Source: the human T2T-CHM13v2.0 reference genome, Homo sapiens
DNA length: 64,000 nucleotides
Strand: one strand, 5' to 3'
NCBI RefSeq assembly: GCF_009914755.1
Contig: NC_060939.1
Positions within the stretch are counted from its first letter, which is position 1; the number at the start of each line of letters is the position of its first letter. This document shows, one piece after another, positions 29,332 to 46,400 of the stretch. The notes under the pieces are model-generated. The model had not been told where the DNA came from and did not search any database. It saw nothing but the letters and a program-made list of their open reading frames with translations. The translations under genes and the position numbers were made by a program.

Positions 29332-29574
<243 letters not shown>

Positions 29575-30004
29575 TTAAAAATACATTACTTTTGTATTTT
29601 ATTAAGGACTGATGAATAATACAAATATAAACTTAAAATAATTATGCATATAAAACATTTAAAATATATGTAATTAGGCATGCAACATTGATTTCTATTA
29701 TATTAGCACTTGAGAAAACAATGTCCACATATATCTGCTATAAATTGGGGTGAATGGTGATATGTAATTTTATGAAGCCAAAGGAATAAAGTAGTAAGTA
29801 ATTTGGTGGCATCGGGTAGAAAAATACGTTAATTAAATTCAAGCTTTCTAATTTTCTACTAACACATAAGAAAAGTTATATTCATGCTTTATCCACCCAT
29901 AGCTGAAAAATAAACATAAAAAAACAAAAAATGGCTACATTTCCAAAGTGTTTCATTTATAAAAATATAATTACTTATATCTGTACCACACGTACTATTT
30001 TTGA

Positions 30005-30307
<303 letters not shown>

Positions 30308-30564
30308 TAAAAAACAATTTTTAATCACAGTAAAGAAAGGTTCGTTTTTTCAAAATTAGACAATGGTGCCATGAAATTTTTCTAGCATTTTCCTAATAAA
30401 ATCAGATGATCTGAAATACATAAACCTGGATAAATCTGATGAACTTAGATAAACAAAGCTATTCAATACACATGTTAATTATGGGCCAATACGTAAAAGA
30501 AAAGTAGTTTCGTAGTCTTTCAATTTCACATGGTCTTCACTATGCAAGCCCCAATCATGGAGGC

Positions 30565-30710
30565 TTTTTTTTTTTTTTTTTTTGAGACGGTCTCGCTCTG
30601 TCGCCCAAGCTGGAGTGCAGCAGCACTCAGCTTAGTGCAAGCTCCGCCTCCCGGGTTCATGCCATTCTCTGGCCTCAGCCTCCGGAGTAGTTGGGACTAC
30701 AGGCGCCTGC
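30565..30710 (-). mobile_element. 5'-truncated AluY-like right arm
   Basis: tgcaagctccgcctcccgggttcatgcc; TSD tggaggc. Confidence 0.9.
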
Positions 30711-30747
30711 GTGGAGGCCTTTTTTATATCACTCATTGGAAAATTGG

Positions 30748-31068
30748 GGCCCGGTGTGGTAGTTCACACCTGTAATCCCAGCACTTTGGGGAGGCTGAGG
30801 CAGGCAGATCACTTGAGCTCAGGAGTTCAAGACCAGCCTGGGCAAGATGGAGAAACCCCATCTCTACAAAAACACAAAAAATAAGCTGGGTGTGGTAGCA
30901 TGTGCCTATAGTCTCAGCTACTTGAGAGGGTGATGCATGGGGATGGTTTGAGTCTTCAGCCTGGGAGGTGGAGGTTGCAGTGAGCCGAGACAGAACCACT
31001 ACACTCCAGCCTGGGCCTCAGAGCCAGATCCTGCCTCCCTCCACCAAAAAATAAAAGATTAAAAAAAA
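30748..31068 (+). mobile_element. AluJ
   Basis: Full dimer; TSD ggaaaattgg. Confidence 0.92.
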
Positions 31069-32074
31069 GGAAAATTGGAATCTTTGGAATGAGTACTACT
31101 AAAAATTGATTTCTTCCCTTTTAAATGACTAAGGAAAAAAATTTTAATTGAATTTAAATCATTTTACTACATGTTTAGTTGCTACTGTGAAACAATGAAA
31201 ACATCTTAAGAATTAAGTCTGAAAAAAATCTGTAATTTCCAATAGAAAAGTAGAGCTTAGAAATTAGAAATCAAATTATACAGTATGTAAGTATTTTAAC
31301 CTGTTTATAAGAATTTTAAAATCTTTGAAAATGTCATTGTCACTTTAAGTTTAAAAATAAGGAGCTTTAACATGTTTCCTTGATCACTAGGAGTATGAAT
31401 TAAGCTTAGGACATTTTCTGAATGCAAAATGGTTTGAAAATTAAACAATTCATATTTGAGTTTCATGGTTTCTATCTAAACATTTTTTTTACAGGCCAAG
31501 TTACAACATCCATGGAAATGCTTTTAGTTATAAGTATGGTATTAACAGGATCAAGAACAGCTGACAAATAATTACAATTAATAAATTTGTTCAAGCTGAC
31601 AATGGTGTGTCTAAAAAATTAATGAATTTAATAAAATGTCACAAATGCCCTTCCTTGGAACCAAGAGCAACAAGCTATAAGTTAATCAGAATATAACTCT
31701 GAAGTTCCATTTTAGGCACATTTTCTCATGTTCCAGGGAGAAAAGCACCATAACCTCCTGGTAAAATACTCCTTTTTGATACTTCTACTGCCATCACTTC
31801 AGTTATCTTACTGGAACTGCTTAATCTATGTTTTTTCTTACAAGTATTTCTGCATATAATGCAAGTATGCTTTATAGCTAAGGTTTAACATTTCTAGATA
31901 CATCAAAAGCTAGAGCTAAGGTTTACCAAATTTAAGAACTTTATGAAGTTTATAATTTTCTATCTCAAAAAGGGCGTCGTCTTATGTATCTCTGATTTAC
32001 TTAGAACAAACTACATACAAATGGCATAGCTTTTTAGTTATTAATAAAACACTAGCTAGATTATAGATAAGGGA

Positions 32075-32078
<4 letters not shown>

Positions 32079-32120
<42 letters not shown>
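32079..32120. repeat. (TG)21 microsatellite
   Basis: Direct reading. Confidence 0.97.
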
Positions 32121-32121
<1 letters not shown>

Positions 32122-32992
32122 CTAAGAACAGTAACAGAAAGGTCAACTCAATTAGAATCAACAGGCTATAACAGCTCAAATCTCAAAGCTGAAGGGAAAT
32201 GACATACATTATTCTATGCACACTCCTCACAATTCTGATGGTACCTTCAGTGGAAACCTTTTCCTGTAATTGTCATGTACTCAATTTTAAACGTAAGCAA
32301 GCTCAGTTACTAAGTGGTTATATTTACAGTAGAAACTGAACCAGTTCAGAATTATGAAGTTAAGTAGACTACCCAAAAGACTGCATCTTTTCCCTGTTCT
32401 ACTTTATCACAAAAGGGAAAAAACTAAAATTCTGATCCTTCACTTTCAAATTTCCAAATCCCATCAGCCTTTCCCAAACTGTGTTCAATAACAACTCTTC
32501 TGTTAGGGCAGAAAAAGAGTTCTGGAGTTCAAAAAGTTTGGGGGAAACACTACCTATATTAAGCCCCAAGAAATCTTATAGCAAATAAACCTAATTAATG
32601 TGATATCAGCTAGTGTTTCTGAACTTTGAGCATGACATACTTGTGAGACAGTCTCTCAATACTCTTCAAACCATTGTTCTTTGAAGTTCACAGGTCAGGA
32701 AAACCGTGAGTTTGATGATGGTTTTAGACAACAAAAAGCAAAGAAATCCCTCCAACTGTTCCAATATACCATTCTAAAGTGCTTTCAATTCAGTTTACCA
32801 AAGAGATAATTTCCTTCATTAGAATATTCCTTCTAAGAAATAAAAGAATTTGAATAAATTAGTGATACAAATCAGTTCCTAAAACCTACAAATTCAGTCA
32901 TGATGTGTGATTCTGGGTAATCCATACCAAATCCTTCTTTTGCTGCTCTTCATAGCTGAAAATATTTACAAAGTAAGATAAACAAATAACTA

Positions 32993-33184
<192 letters not shown>

Positions 33185-33787
33185 CTAGTGATTGAAAAGA
33201 TAAACATGAAAAGAAGATGATTGCTAGTATCAGGAAAAAAACAAAATAAAAACAAGGAGTAGGATTAGGAAACAAATACAAATTTTTGACTTTTTGTATG
33301 TAAATGGAAACAGAAAGCAAACTGATAAAAAGCCAGTGAAGACAAAGATTCAGTCTTAAAGATAATCAAAAAGACAGACACAAAACAGACACTAGCATAG
33401 TAAAAAGCTAACTTTACTGATTTGTTATGAAATTAACATACAATTAATTAAGATTTTATTACTTGTGTGTTAAGTCTGGACTACACAGTTAGGACATGGA
33501 AAAGCAGCTAAATCATTTCAGCAAAAACAATGGAGTAGAGGTCTAACCTCAAAATTGTTCATTAGTAGTCCTTTATTAGAATAGAAACTCAAGGGTTAAG
33601 TCTTAGTATCTACTAAGTCATAAGTAAAATATTTCAATTAAGAAAAATACACTGAATACTAAAGCAGTTTATGGTCTCTCACAATAAGACTTAGTATAAA
33701 TTACCACCTTTTAATGGACTAGAACCCATCTTATATCCACATTTCCTTAAAAACAGGTGAGACATAACCTTACTCATGTCCTTACTC

Positions 33788-34083
<296 letters not shown>

Positions 34084-34296
34084 CTTATTCTTAAATTGTA
34101 AGTTAACAAACTTTAGTGTCTAGCATTTTCTCAACTATAAATCTTTTACCAAATATTCTTGTGTACCTATAGAATTATGAATATACAGTAACCTCATTGA
34201 GATTAATCATAAAATCAACACTAGATTCCAATATTAACTGTTTATACTGCATTTTGTTTGTTTTACTTTATGTATCTAAAATTTGCTAACAGTATG

Positions 34297-34363
34297 ACTG
34301 TATCCAGTACATGGATGGATACTGTATCTAGTACATGGATGGATACTGTATCCAGTATCCATC
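34297..34363. repeat. 24-bp tandem repeat (~2.5 copies) ending in a hairpin
   Basis: actgtatc(c/t)agtacatggatggat repeated. Confidence 0.9.
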
Positions 34364-36566
34364 ATATCTCCTAACTTGCCTTCAAACATCTGTTGGCTGG
34401 TTAAAAAAATTTAATCTTGGAGATGAAAATTTACCAAAACAGGATATTAAATGTTTTCAGGTTATTCCAACTATTTCAAACAGAATTTTAAAAATGGTTT
34501 TGAAAAATGCAATAATCACTGAAACAACTGTAACACAGCACTATAGTAGTTAAAGTAATAATACTCATTTGGACAATCTAGTCTGTCTACAAAAAATAAA
34601 ATCTCATAAATTAACGCATCAGGTCAGGTTGCCCGAGAGCATTGTTTTTTCAAACTTGTCACCTGCAACTCATTAGTGGGTAGTCTAATCCATTTAGTGG
34701 TTTGCAATCAGCAATGGGAAAATCAGAATGCATTCCACATAGTAATGGAACCTACTGTTTTGTGAAACTTTTGTTTCAATTAGATGTACAGATGGATAAG
34801 CATGTACTGGGATGCTATGTAAAATACTAGGGATTGCAGTCAAAGAGTTTGACAAAACTAGCTGAAATTATCTTCTGGGTATCTTCAACTTTAGGGTCCT
34901 ATTCTGTGAATTTAGTCTTTAGCTTTAAATAATGTCTGTTGTTGTTCAACACCGATCTCTAATATTTACAAAATCATTTTTAGGCCACACAGTTTACTTT
35001 TAGACAATGTTTTGTTATGGAAAGACCAAGAGTCAGTCAGAATTCACCTTACTAGTCCCAACTCTCACTTACCATAACTTTTAACCTTTAAACTTTAGCA
35101 CGCGATTCAATTAAGCCTCAGTTTCCTCAACATACTGTAAGTTGTGAAGGCTTATTAAGAATATATGAGAACGAGTGTTACCTTTTAAAATAGTTTTGCT
35201 CTCTGAACAACAGATTTGCAATTTTGTGTCCCCAAAGGAACTTGATATAGACTAGTTCCAAGATCTAGAGTCAAACAAATGTAGATGTGAAAATAACCTT
35301 GGGGAAAAAAATAGTTTCAGTTGGAAACCTGTTTCAAGCTACGGAGTACACAGAATTCTGAGGAGACTAAAATTAGAATTAACATCTTAGCTCAAATGTG
35401 GGACCAGGCCAACATTCCATATTGCCATGTAATCCATTCTGAGTTTCCTTATGCCAGTTCCCAACTGGCTAGGTGTTAAAGATGTAAGTCAGTGTTTATA
35501 TTTACCTTTACATCCAAAGGTATACTTGCTTTTATCAAATATAATGTATTCCAAAGTGGGGAAAAAAAAGGTTATCTGGTATTTAGACTGTGCATTCTAC
35601 AGCTTTTCCCCACTAACATTCATAGATGAGAGCTGACTCCTTATCAATGTAAAACCTTTTAAAGGATGTGGTGGTGAATTTCTACAGGATTGAGAGGCCC
35701 TGTGTTCTATCTAGTCTTAGCTCTACCTAAGACATGTCAAATGATAACTGAAGCAAATTTATCTTTATTCTCCATAAAATATTACATGTCTGTCCACTTC
35801 CACTGATCTCTATTCTATGCTCCCCACCTTGGTGCCAAAAGAATGTAATGCAATGCAATATGTTCTATTGTAAATGCAAACATACAACTTTACCTCTCTT
35901 ATTTCATCTGTAAAATAACAATAATATAGTAATAAATTAATGTATGAACTGCTTAGATTAATTCCCTGCATAAAGTTAGTGCTTAAAAGTACTAGCTGTT
36001 GTTGCTGTTATTTTATTGGTTCTAAAATATTTTCTGAAAACCTACCATAGCATTATAGAACAAAAATATTCCATGAATACAGCAACAATAATATATAGCA
36101 CTTTTGCAGCATTTCACACATAGCAACTAATTTAATCTTCACAACACCCTTATGAGGAAGGAAACATTAACTCCACTTTACAGATAAGGACCCCAAGATA
36201 CTGAAAGGTGAAATAACTTCAAGTCACAGTAAGTCACAGTAAGTTGTGGAACAGAGATACTAATCCAGGAAACAAGCTCTTAACTACTATGCTTTACTCA
36301 CTCTCTTCAATGACGACCAAAAATTTTTTTTTTAGGATTATGAGTGATTTTTATTTTCCTTATTCTTTTCCATATTTTTCCATTTTTTACAACAAATACA
36401 TTTTTCAGAGTCAGAATGTGTTCAAATATAAATATGTAAAAAGAATAATTTGAAAAGTAGTTGGTAACTGAATTCTGTAGGCAAAAATTTTGTTATTACC
36501 TATTTTAGATTACCATTCTGGTACACATAAGTGATTTCATAAAATACTGTACCACTTAAGAATAAA

Positions 36567-36695
36567 GGCTGGGCGCCGTGGCTCACACCTGTAATCCCAC
36601 CACTTTGGGAGGCCAATGCAGGCAGATTGCCTGAGCCCAGCAGTTTGAGATCAGCCTGGGCAACATGATGAAACCTTGTTTCTACAAAAAACTAA

Positions 36696-36742
<47 letters not shown>

Positions 36743-36900
36743 AAAATAGTGGGGGGTGGTGGCATGCGCCTGTCATCCCAGCTACTTGGGAGGCTGAGGT
36801 GGGAGGTCAAGGCTGCAGTCAGTAGAGATCGTGCCACTGTACTCCAGGCCTGGGTGACAGAGTTAAGACCCTGTCTCAAAAATTAAAATAAATAAAATAG
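36567..36900 (+). mobile_element. AluJ with (AAAT)n in the linker
   Basis: Dimer with ~12 aaat units at 36694-36741. Confidence 0.92.
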
Positions 36901-37268
36901 TAAAAACAGAATACATAAATAGCCTTTAAAACTATTTTATTTTAAATTATTAACACATAAAATTTAGCAATAACCATTTTGATAAAGGCCATTATTGCAT
37001 AAACAGCTGTACTGATAATTCTTTTTCTTAAAAATAACCTCCATCAATTGTTCGGTCAATTTAAAAAAGATTTAACAAATAAACTGTAAAGGTGTATTCT
37101 TTACATAATAGCTATATTATTTAAAATTGTATGTTGTTGTTTAAACCCAAACCTCACCATAAAACTGTATTTTTTAAGTCAGAAGTTGTTTTAAATGCAT
37201 TAGGATATTTGAAATTTGGAGGACTATGTCTAAACATTCTGAAAAGGAGAACGTGCATGCATGCCTGA

Positions 37269-37611
<343 letters not shown>

Positions 37612-38132
37612 AATTTTTAGGTATATTTAAAAGTACAGTGTATGTTGTATTTATTTAACATGGAGACTAGCAACAGACAGAGATTACTGGGGAAAAATAA
37701 ACAAAAATATCCTGGATATAATCATATCTACCTCTTCACTGCGTAACTTCCTCTTCTTTAAGACTCTTGATTTCATCAATTGCTGGATAAAATGATTTTT
37801 AATTTCTGAACTTTTTAATTGGCCATGATGATGAAATCCTAGGGAGTTCATTTTTTAAAAAAAAAATCTGACCTGATATCAAAGCATTTGCAGAATACCT
37901 AGCAGGATGACATCTTAATATCAAAATATGATATTACTAGACTTACAGGAATCAAAAGGAAAACCTTATCACTTAAAATCTTATAGTTTTCTGAGCTATT
38001 ACATCAAATCAATTCATAATTTTTTAAAAAAATTCCTTAATACCATGAATATTTAAGTAGAAGCAATAATCAGATAAAAGAGACCTCTAATACTTAAGAA
38101 TGCCTGGGATTTCTAAGAAAGGCTAGCTTCAA

Positions 38133-38452
<320 letters not shown>

Positions 38453-39832
38453 CTAGCTTCAACTACTTCAGTCAACTTGAGGCTTAAACTATTGCTTGAG
38501 ATTTCCAGATTATCCAAATTAATTTTTTCATGTTCACGATAAACACATGAAGAAAAGTCTGTTATATCTCAAATGTAGTTTAAATGTTTGGGTAACACCA
38601 AATCACATAATCACGTTCGTCCATGAGACCTGGAATCCTGACTTCTATTTCCAATTCTGCCATTAATTTATGTAGGCTGGAATCTCTTTTAGATTTCATT
38701 TTCCTCACATGTAATACTAAGTTTGATGTTTCATTGTCTTAAATTATTATATAATGCTGAGGATCTATGTATATATAGGCTTCATTCTCTCATTCAGTTT
38801 CTGAGAAATTACTTTGAGGGCATAAACCAAGCATATTTCTTGGTTTCATTTTTGATTTCAATTAGAATAAATCACAAGAAAGAACAATGGAAATTACATG
38901 TTAACCACAATATAGTGTATGTGTAAGACAAAATTAAACATACCTAGTGCAGCACAGAATAATCTCATTTTTAAAGCTCTGTGAGTCAATGAATAAATAA
39001 AAGAATTACGTTCATGTTTCACTAGTAAGAGTGTTCACCAATGCTGGAAGCTGGGAGCTGAAAATGCTGGAAGCTGGGTTAGACTAGGCTATTAGAAACC
39101 AGATAAAAAGGGCCAGTGACTTTTAGAGGGGATTTTGCAGAACCTCCTGGTAGTGGGGCTTTTTATCTGTGCCAATCACCTTTATCTGTGCTAATTCCTA
39201 TTTTTGAACTTCCCTATTCAATTCCACATCTCAGCCATTCCTTTTGGTTTTTAGATATTTATGTGAAATGCTAGAACTCCCTGACTAATTGGAACCAAGT
39301 TTCACATCATCATCATCCTCTATTCCAAGCTTGCTGTCCCCATGATCCTCTTAAAAATCTGAGTTTCCAAAACACATAAACATACTTGTATATCAAAATG
39401 GCCTTTCTCTTTCTCTCTATATATGCACACATACACACATAAACACACATGCACACACACCCCCACCTGAGCTGAACCAAAGGCCATCTTCCCAAATATT
39501 GGAGTCTGGCTTTATCAAAATATTTGTGGAGTATTACCAGAAGTTCAGATTCATAGGCTCTACAATACAGCTTCTAATCTAAACCTCTAGAGGTTAGGGC
39601 CCTGGATTTTATTTATTTATTTATTTATTTTTTTTAAACAATTTTCCCATTCAGATGTGAAGGCAGTTTGAGGGACCTCATGATGGCAATACTATATTCT
39701 TCCATAAACTTATAACCTCTATCTTCTCCTTTAAGAAGTAATTTAAAAAATCTTAATACATACTATCATTGGAAGTGCTTCATCTAAGAAAAATGAGAAA
39801 TTATCTACTTGTAAAAGAACACACAAATGGGT

Positions 39833-39992
39833 ATATTTACATATTTGTAAATATGTAAATATTTACATATTTGTAAATATGTAAAATGTGAATATTTACA
39901 TATTTAAATTAAATTAATTTACATATTAAATTAAATTACATATTTATATTAAAAATGTAAATTTGTAAATATGGTTTTACATATTTGTAAAA
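39833..39992. repeat. Palindromic AT-rich repeat
   Basis: Units of tttacatattt/aaatatgtaaa in alternating orientation. Confidence 0.9.
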
Positions 39993-42900
39993 ACCTCATC
40001 ACATTAGGAATGTCATTCAAATGAAAGGTGAAGTCTAAGCTCATGTTTATCACTGTACTGTTTTCTAAGGAACAATAACAAAAAAATACTGAAAATAAGT
40101 CCTAGGGGAACTATGGCAGTAAGTTAAACGGGTAGGGTGGGGGTGTTCTTAAGCAGTTCTAAGGTATTTGTGAAGAGACAACTTATATTCTATTGATTCT
40201 AAAATTCACTTTTTTCACATTATCTCTGAAATCAGATTACACCATACAAATGATAGCATCTTACAATGAATTGCTGGTATTTTTCTGTCTTAGCAGTAAT
40301 AAAATGATAGTGTTTCCTACAATCAGAGATTAGTGAAAATACTATCAACATGAATTCTTCTCTTGTCATCAAAGACAATTTCTCTAAAAACCTCAGGAAA
40401 AAAGCTGCTAGTCTGGTTTGAATTTCACAATATATAAAAGCAATGAATATATTTTTCTTTTTTAAAAAAATCCACAATTATTAATTCAAGTTACCACTCC
40501 TCAACAGAAAACATACAAGAGTCTCATATATGAAGTCACTATTTTCTGGGCTTGATTTCTAAACTAAGGAGTGGATAACTCTAAGGTTTCTTTTAGCTCT
40601 TAAAGCCTAGGATCCCATAATTTTATTTATCAATATTAAGCTTACCACAAAGTTTCTCATTTCTTCTTTTCCACCCAACCCTGCTATACAATTCCAAAAT
40701 TAGCAAGTCATAAAAAAGTGGCCACTAGTTTGTTCACTGTGATATATAAGAATGAGGCTTAAAAAGCAGAGATCCTTGGGAAATAAGATCTTGAAAAATT
40801 CATCACTTTTGAGCTTTCATATGAGAGAATAATCTTAAACCACTTTCTATTATAGAACTTCTACTATGTGTTACTAAAATATGTGGCTTTATCATAATCA
40901 TCACCTGCTGTGAATACTTACTTCAAAAAATTACACAGGTTATCAATTTTACTTATAAGACCTATTTCGATGCTGGTTTTTCTAGTCTTTTCACATTCTG
41001 TTATTTTTTTAAAAAAAAGAAAAGGAAGAAAAAGCAAGGGAGAAAGAAAGTTAAGAGTAAAATCTGCTTAGTGTGAGCATTCAGAGCCCCTAAGGAAGCT
41101 TCTCTGTAAGCATCATCTCTTTCTATTTTCACAGTTTATTAAACTGCCTAACACACATGATTTCTGAAGTGAACTGCTTTTGTGGGCTGGCAATATTCAA
41201 GTACATATACTATCTAGTGAATCCTGATTTATGATAGGCCACACTATATTATCTAATTTTGATATAATTAAGCAGAACTTGCTAAAAACAAGTTACCATA
41301 ATTAAAGAGCTCACAGTTAATTTTACACTAACACCTAAGGCTTTAAAAGCAGTTGTTTCCTTAAAATTCTAGAATAGAATTTAAAATATAGAATAAAGTA
41401 TACACCAAGTACTTAAACTTTTGTTTTTAGTCTTGCTTTACTAGAGAAAAAAATGGGGGACTGAGGAAAATAAGACTGAGTAGACTTCTGAGCGAAAGAC
41501 AGATAAGGAAGGTAGACAATTTTTTGAACCCTGGAATGATTCTTACAGTGTAATTTCATTGCCTTTTAAAGGCTAGACATAGCTTTTGATGAAGACAGCT
41601 GAAGGGATCTCACCTCAAGAAGCCAAACATAAAGTATGTAGCTTTGGCATTTGCAGTTCTGCTCCAACAATGGATAGTCATAGACAGACCTCAACATACC
41701 TTTCATAAAACATCACTCACATTCTTATAAAATACCCTATCATTCTGCTAAACTATGTAAAGTAAGGTGCTGGCTGCCTTATGATCAGTCATTAAGTGTA
41801 TTAATTATTCATGTGTCTCAAAACTATGTAAGTGAAATAAAAAGTGTACCAGAAAGCAAGCAATAATAATGACTTCAGGCAGTTAAAGCCCCCTTTTGTC
41901 TCTGCTAGAAAACCACCTGAGTTGCTTAAATAATGCAGAATCTTTCTCCAACACTATAAACATATCTGACATTAAAAAAAAAAAACAAACCAGTAACAAA
42001 AAAAAAAAAAACCACACAAAATCTCTGCAATTTTTAATTTCTGAGATGTCAAATAACTTTTTCCACCGGGCTACAGCTTTATGAATTCTCGAATTTAGAC
42101 AATTCTAAAACTAAAATTTAGACATTCTAAAACTAAAATACATTTTAAAGTAAAAATCACATTTCCTAGTTGTCTGTGTCAGACAACTTTACTAGTATAC
42201 TATAGTATTATTAACTACCTTAATTTTTGTTGACATTAAATTTTACTTGAAGATGATAAAAAAGTAGCAGCAATGACAGGGATAGCTAATACTAGAAATA
42301 CAATAAAGCTCTGCGATAATGCACCTGAGACAAATGTAAATTTTGGTGAAATGTGACTGACGACTGCTTTCTGTCTTCTGGCCACTCTTATATTCTTAAA
42401 CAGATACACTAAAATTATCTTGTGGAGGAAAGAAAAGGAACAAATGGCAACCCCATCTGGAAAACCAGGAAGTTAGGATGAGTACCTGAGTTTCCAGTAC
42501 TTCCCTGCTCAATCTCCCTGGACTTGATGTTACAGGCACCACTAATCCCCAGATTTTTGGAATAGCTGCTGTTTTCCAGAAGTTCCAAGACCCAGAGTTG
42601 TCTCTATGAATTTTTAAGTGGGAAGAAACTACCACAGCCAGGCAGTGCCGTCCACACAGGGATATTCTAAGTGGCCCAGCAGGACTCAACTCTTACTGGC
42701 AACAGGCACTGATCTGCCATGGTCACTTCATCAAGTCCACAATAATGCAACTCTGAATTTTACACGATGGAATTTTTTGGACACTACCTATAATTTTATG
42801 GTATGGTTTTACTGTACCATTACTCCCAGTTCAAGACTGCACATCCACACTTATTATTGGGTATCTCCACATTTCTCTTGTTCTGGTCTTTGTCCAACAC

Positions 42901-43162
42901 TCTATTCTCTTCTGAATGAAAGAAACTTTGGATTTAGTTTTCAAGATTTAGAAAACCCATTCTTTTTCAAAGATAGCATGACCATTATATAATACAACCG
43001 ATACTTTGTAGAACACATCTATAAACTTGCACAGGAACAACAAAAGTATAATACTTATATAAGATCAGAAATGTCCATGTGTTCCTATGCTATATGGTAT
43101 CATTTTTTTCAGTCACTTTTAAAATGAATTCACTGAACTGTATCATGATATCCCCATTATTA

Positions 43163-44506
<1,344 letters not shown>

Positions 44507-46062
44507 CTAAAAGTAAAACAGCCAAACATTCTAGGCTCAATATCATTTATGATATACAACTCTTAAAGTATCTAATACTTAGATTCAGCAAACAAAATTT
44601 AATGCTTACCTATTTTTTTCAATGAACTACCTACCTATACCAATGACCTCACCCATGCTTTTACATTCTTTCAACAATGTATAACTCTTAATAAGATCAT
44701 GAGTTTAAACTTTCTTTATAATCAAGATATCTATTAATGTATAGCTTTAATTATAAATATGAACCAATATGTCATGTACTGATTAATCATAATACAGCTC
44801 TTAAAACCTCACTGTAGAACACACAGAAATACTACTAATCTGTGAGTTTTCTTGTTTCAGTACTCTGTTCTCCAAAGACTAAGAAGGCAAGGTCTTAAAA
44901 AAAGGCTCCTTCAGCATCTATGTATGTATTAAAATCAAACTGGTTCATTTTGGGTCTTCCTAGTTTGTTCCAGGGTAGTCATTCTGTGAGTGATTGAGAA
45001 GAATATACCATTTCTCATCGGCTCTTAAGTAGAAACTGCTTTCCACAGCCAGGAATCAGGTTAGACTAAATCTCATAGAGTGACAGAAAATAGTTTTTGA
45101 GCAATGAAAACAAACAGTGCAAAGAAGTAAACTTATGAGCTGGCAAGCAGTGCAGAGACTATGTAGTCATCAAAATCTATTTCCTCTTTTCCTGGGCACA
45201 GAGTTGGACCACATTTCCCAACTTTTTGAGATGAGTGTTATTTTCAGGCCAAGGCTTTCTCCCTTCTGGCTAATAGGATGAAAGATATTTCATTTCACAG
45301 GTAAAAACAAATGATATATTTTGTGTACTGACCAACATAATACTGAGAATAGTCTTAATTCTCCCTTTTATCAATAAAGTGACATACTTGTCATCATCAG
45401 ATTAACTACTTGAGAGGTTAATTTTAGAGGCACACAGACAATCCTACCTCCATTGTGCCAAATATACCCTTATACATGTAGTGTACAACATGTAGAATTT
45501 TTAATGACTCCCACCTCTGCTATAATATATGTTTCACAATGAAAGACAATATAAAATGTAAGTGATCATTGAATGGTCTCCAAAAATTGAAGCACAAAAA
45601 TACCAAATTTTATCATACTAAGGATCTGATCTGTGGCCCAGCTACAAGAGTACCAACACTTACAGTTTCTTTTATGGGCCTTAACTCTTTAAGAACTAAT
45701 TCTCAGGTTTGTTCTATTAAGAATATATAAGCATCTTTTGCTAAACATCAGTAACCTCTTCCCCAAAAGCATAAAACCACTGGAAACCTATTTCTCATTA
45801 TTTTCATTGAAAATTTTTAAAATACCTTCTTACAAGACAATGCAAAACTCCTAATTTCCTAAAATGTAACATAACAGAAAATACTACTATCCTATTAGGA
45901 CATGAAACACTTTGCTTCCTGAGCAAGTCATAAGGTTAACAAAGACTTGCTTTGCATGCAGTAATATGGCCTGTCCTAGGGATCACCATTCTAGACTCAC
46001 ATGTCCTTTGTTGATATGTCATGCTTTCGGAACATCTTCAAGTGATTCTGACAGTCTACTAA

Positions 46063-46400
<338 letters not shown>

